NCBI RefSeq assembly: GCF_021028975.2
Contig: NC_059425.1
Location: forward strand, 156,240,001 to 156,304,000
Origin: Sphaerodactylus townsendi
Lineage: Eukaryota
DNA length: 64,000 bases
Reading direction: 5' to 3'
Of this stretch, positions 62,516 through 64,000 are shown one piece after another. Position 1 is the first letter of the stretch. The number at the start of each line of letters is the position of its first letter. The notes under the pieces were generated by a model. The model worked only from the letters and a program-made list of their open reading frames with translations. It was not told the origin of the DNA and did not search any database. A program made the translations under genes and the position numbers.

Positions 62516-64000
62516 CATATAAAACTGCAATCTAATGTTCTCAATTTACATAAACGATTTCTAATGTTACCCATGAACATTCTGACCGCAGTTCAGAATT
62601 AGACATTCGTAACAGACAGACCATTGACAAGTCAGCTATCAAGAATCCAGATCACTAATTAAGAATTTTTTTAAACACTGTCAAGATTTTTTTGTTCACA
62701 ATGGTCCCATCAAAGCCTGTTCTCAATTGAGAATTAATCTAATTGCTGGAATTAAATGGTTAATACTACTGATAAGAATTAAAACATTTCCCCCTACTAC
62801 TGTTTTGATTATCAGTGACTCTTTCTAATTTGTAAACAGGTGCAATTTGTTCCCAAAGGAGGGAAATGGGAGAATGTTTCTTGGCCTGTTCTATGAGTGT
62901 GGATATCACAAGGGAAAAGACTGTTTTTAAACTTGTCAAAAGCATAGAAAGCATTTGTCAGAATATTTTGTGAATGGAAATTAAAGACAAATATCCAGAC
63001 TCTTTCATATTATCAAATGAATCACTGATACAGATATGCGAGAATCCAACCTTATAGGCTATTGTGAATTGTACAAATTGTAGTGTTCAAATCTATACAA
63101 ACTATTGACCAAAAGTGAGCTAATTTAACTAAAATTCTTATTTCACCCATAAAATAGGTAGCAAAACTCCTGCAACCAGAACAGCATGTGTTAAAATATA
63201 ACAGAATCATTTGTTTTTCATCTACAATTTTCTATGCTTTTCTAACAACAAATATTACATTGTTACACACATCGATGTATATTTATTGTAGCGATAATCC
63301 AATACACGATTAGGGAACACATGATTCAATACATGATTTACTATAATCAGTAAATTGTACTTACCACTGTGCTGACAAACATCCAGTGGCTGTAATCCCA
63401 CTCACAATAACTTCAGCAAATCAACGAGATTTAATTCTGAGTTAGGATGATTAGGACATAGTGGTACTTTTAACAACTCAAAAAGTATATGTGTACTAAT
63501 TGCCAAATCAGCCAAACCTGAGGATTAGATGATTGCAGCTGTGAAGAGGCAAGACAGATCTTTCTAAAAACCTGAAAAGGATCCCAACTTTGCAGAAAAA
63601 TGTGAAATCTAAAAAAGAGAAGTTTAAAAAACTAAAAAAAGAATAAAAAGAAGGCCTGTAGCTTTAAGCAATCAATTTCCTCAGTGGCTGTTGCTTGCCA
63701 ACCACAGTATTCCAGGCTGGGATCCTGTGAATACAGGGGGGAAGTACAGGGAAGAGAGAGGAGTCCTTTCCTGCTTTATTTTGACCTTTGAGGGGAAAAT
63801 CATTGGCACCAGGCCTAACAAGGTTTTCCAGATCCAGACTGGGAAATTCCAGTTTTTGTGGTGGAGTCTGAAATGAGCATGCTTTCAGGAGGGAAGTTGC
63901 CTCGGAGGAGTATAGTGTCATAGATTCCACCCTTCAAAGAAGCCATTTCCTCCATGGAACGAGGGTTGCCAACCTCCAAGCCACCCAGAATTACAGTTGC

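Overview
Vertebrate, non-coding, repeat-rich DNA, most likely from a squamate and probably a gecko. The basis is Squam3-type SINEs with (CTT)n tails, 5S/RTE-tailed SINEs, Penelope pseudo-LTRs, a SPIN MITE and RTE-X, L2 and CR1 LINE relics. I found no intact protein-coding gene, rRNA, tRNA or CRISPR array. Almost all six-frame ORFs are chance ORFs or decayed transposon fragments. The + strand looks A-rich and the best splice-site candidates lie on the - strand, so the window is probably intronic/5'-UTR sequence of a large minus-strand gene that I cannot name. Candidate exons are at about 54281-54547, 10591-10964, 30240-30400 and 18459-18548. There are three assembly gaps. The most notable structure is a young, TSD-flanked, spacer-less 188-bp palindrome (54816-55003) made of two head-to-head Penelope pseudo-LTR ends, each carrying a minimal type-I hammerhead ribozyme core. 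It sits about 270 bp from a CpG-retaining candidate exon/promoter that is also bracketed by inverted MITEs. Family assignments come from recalled sequence motifs, not from database searches.
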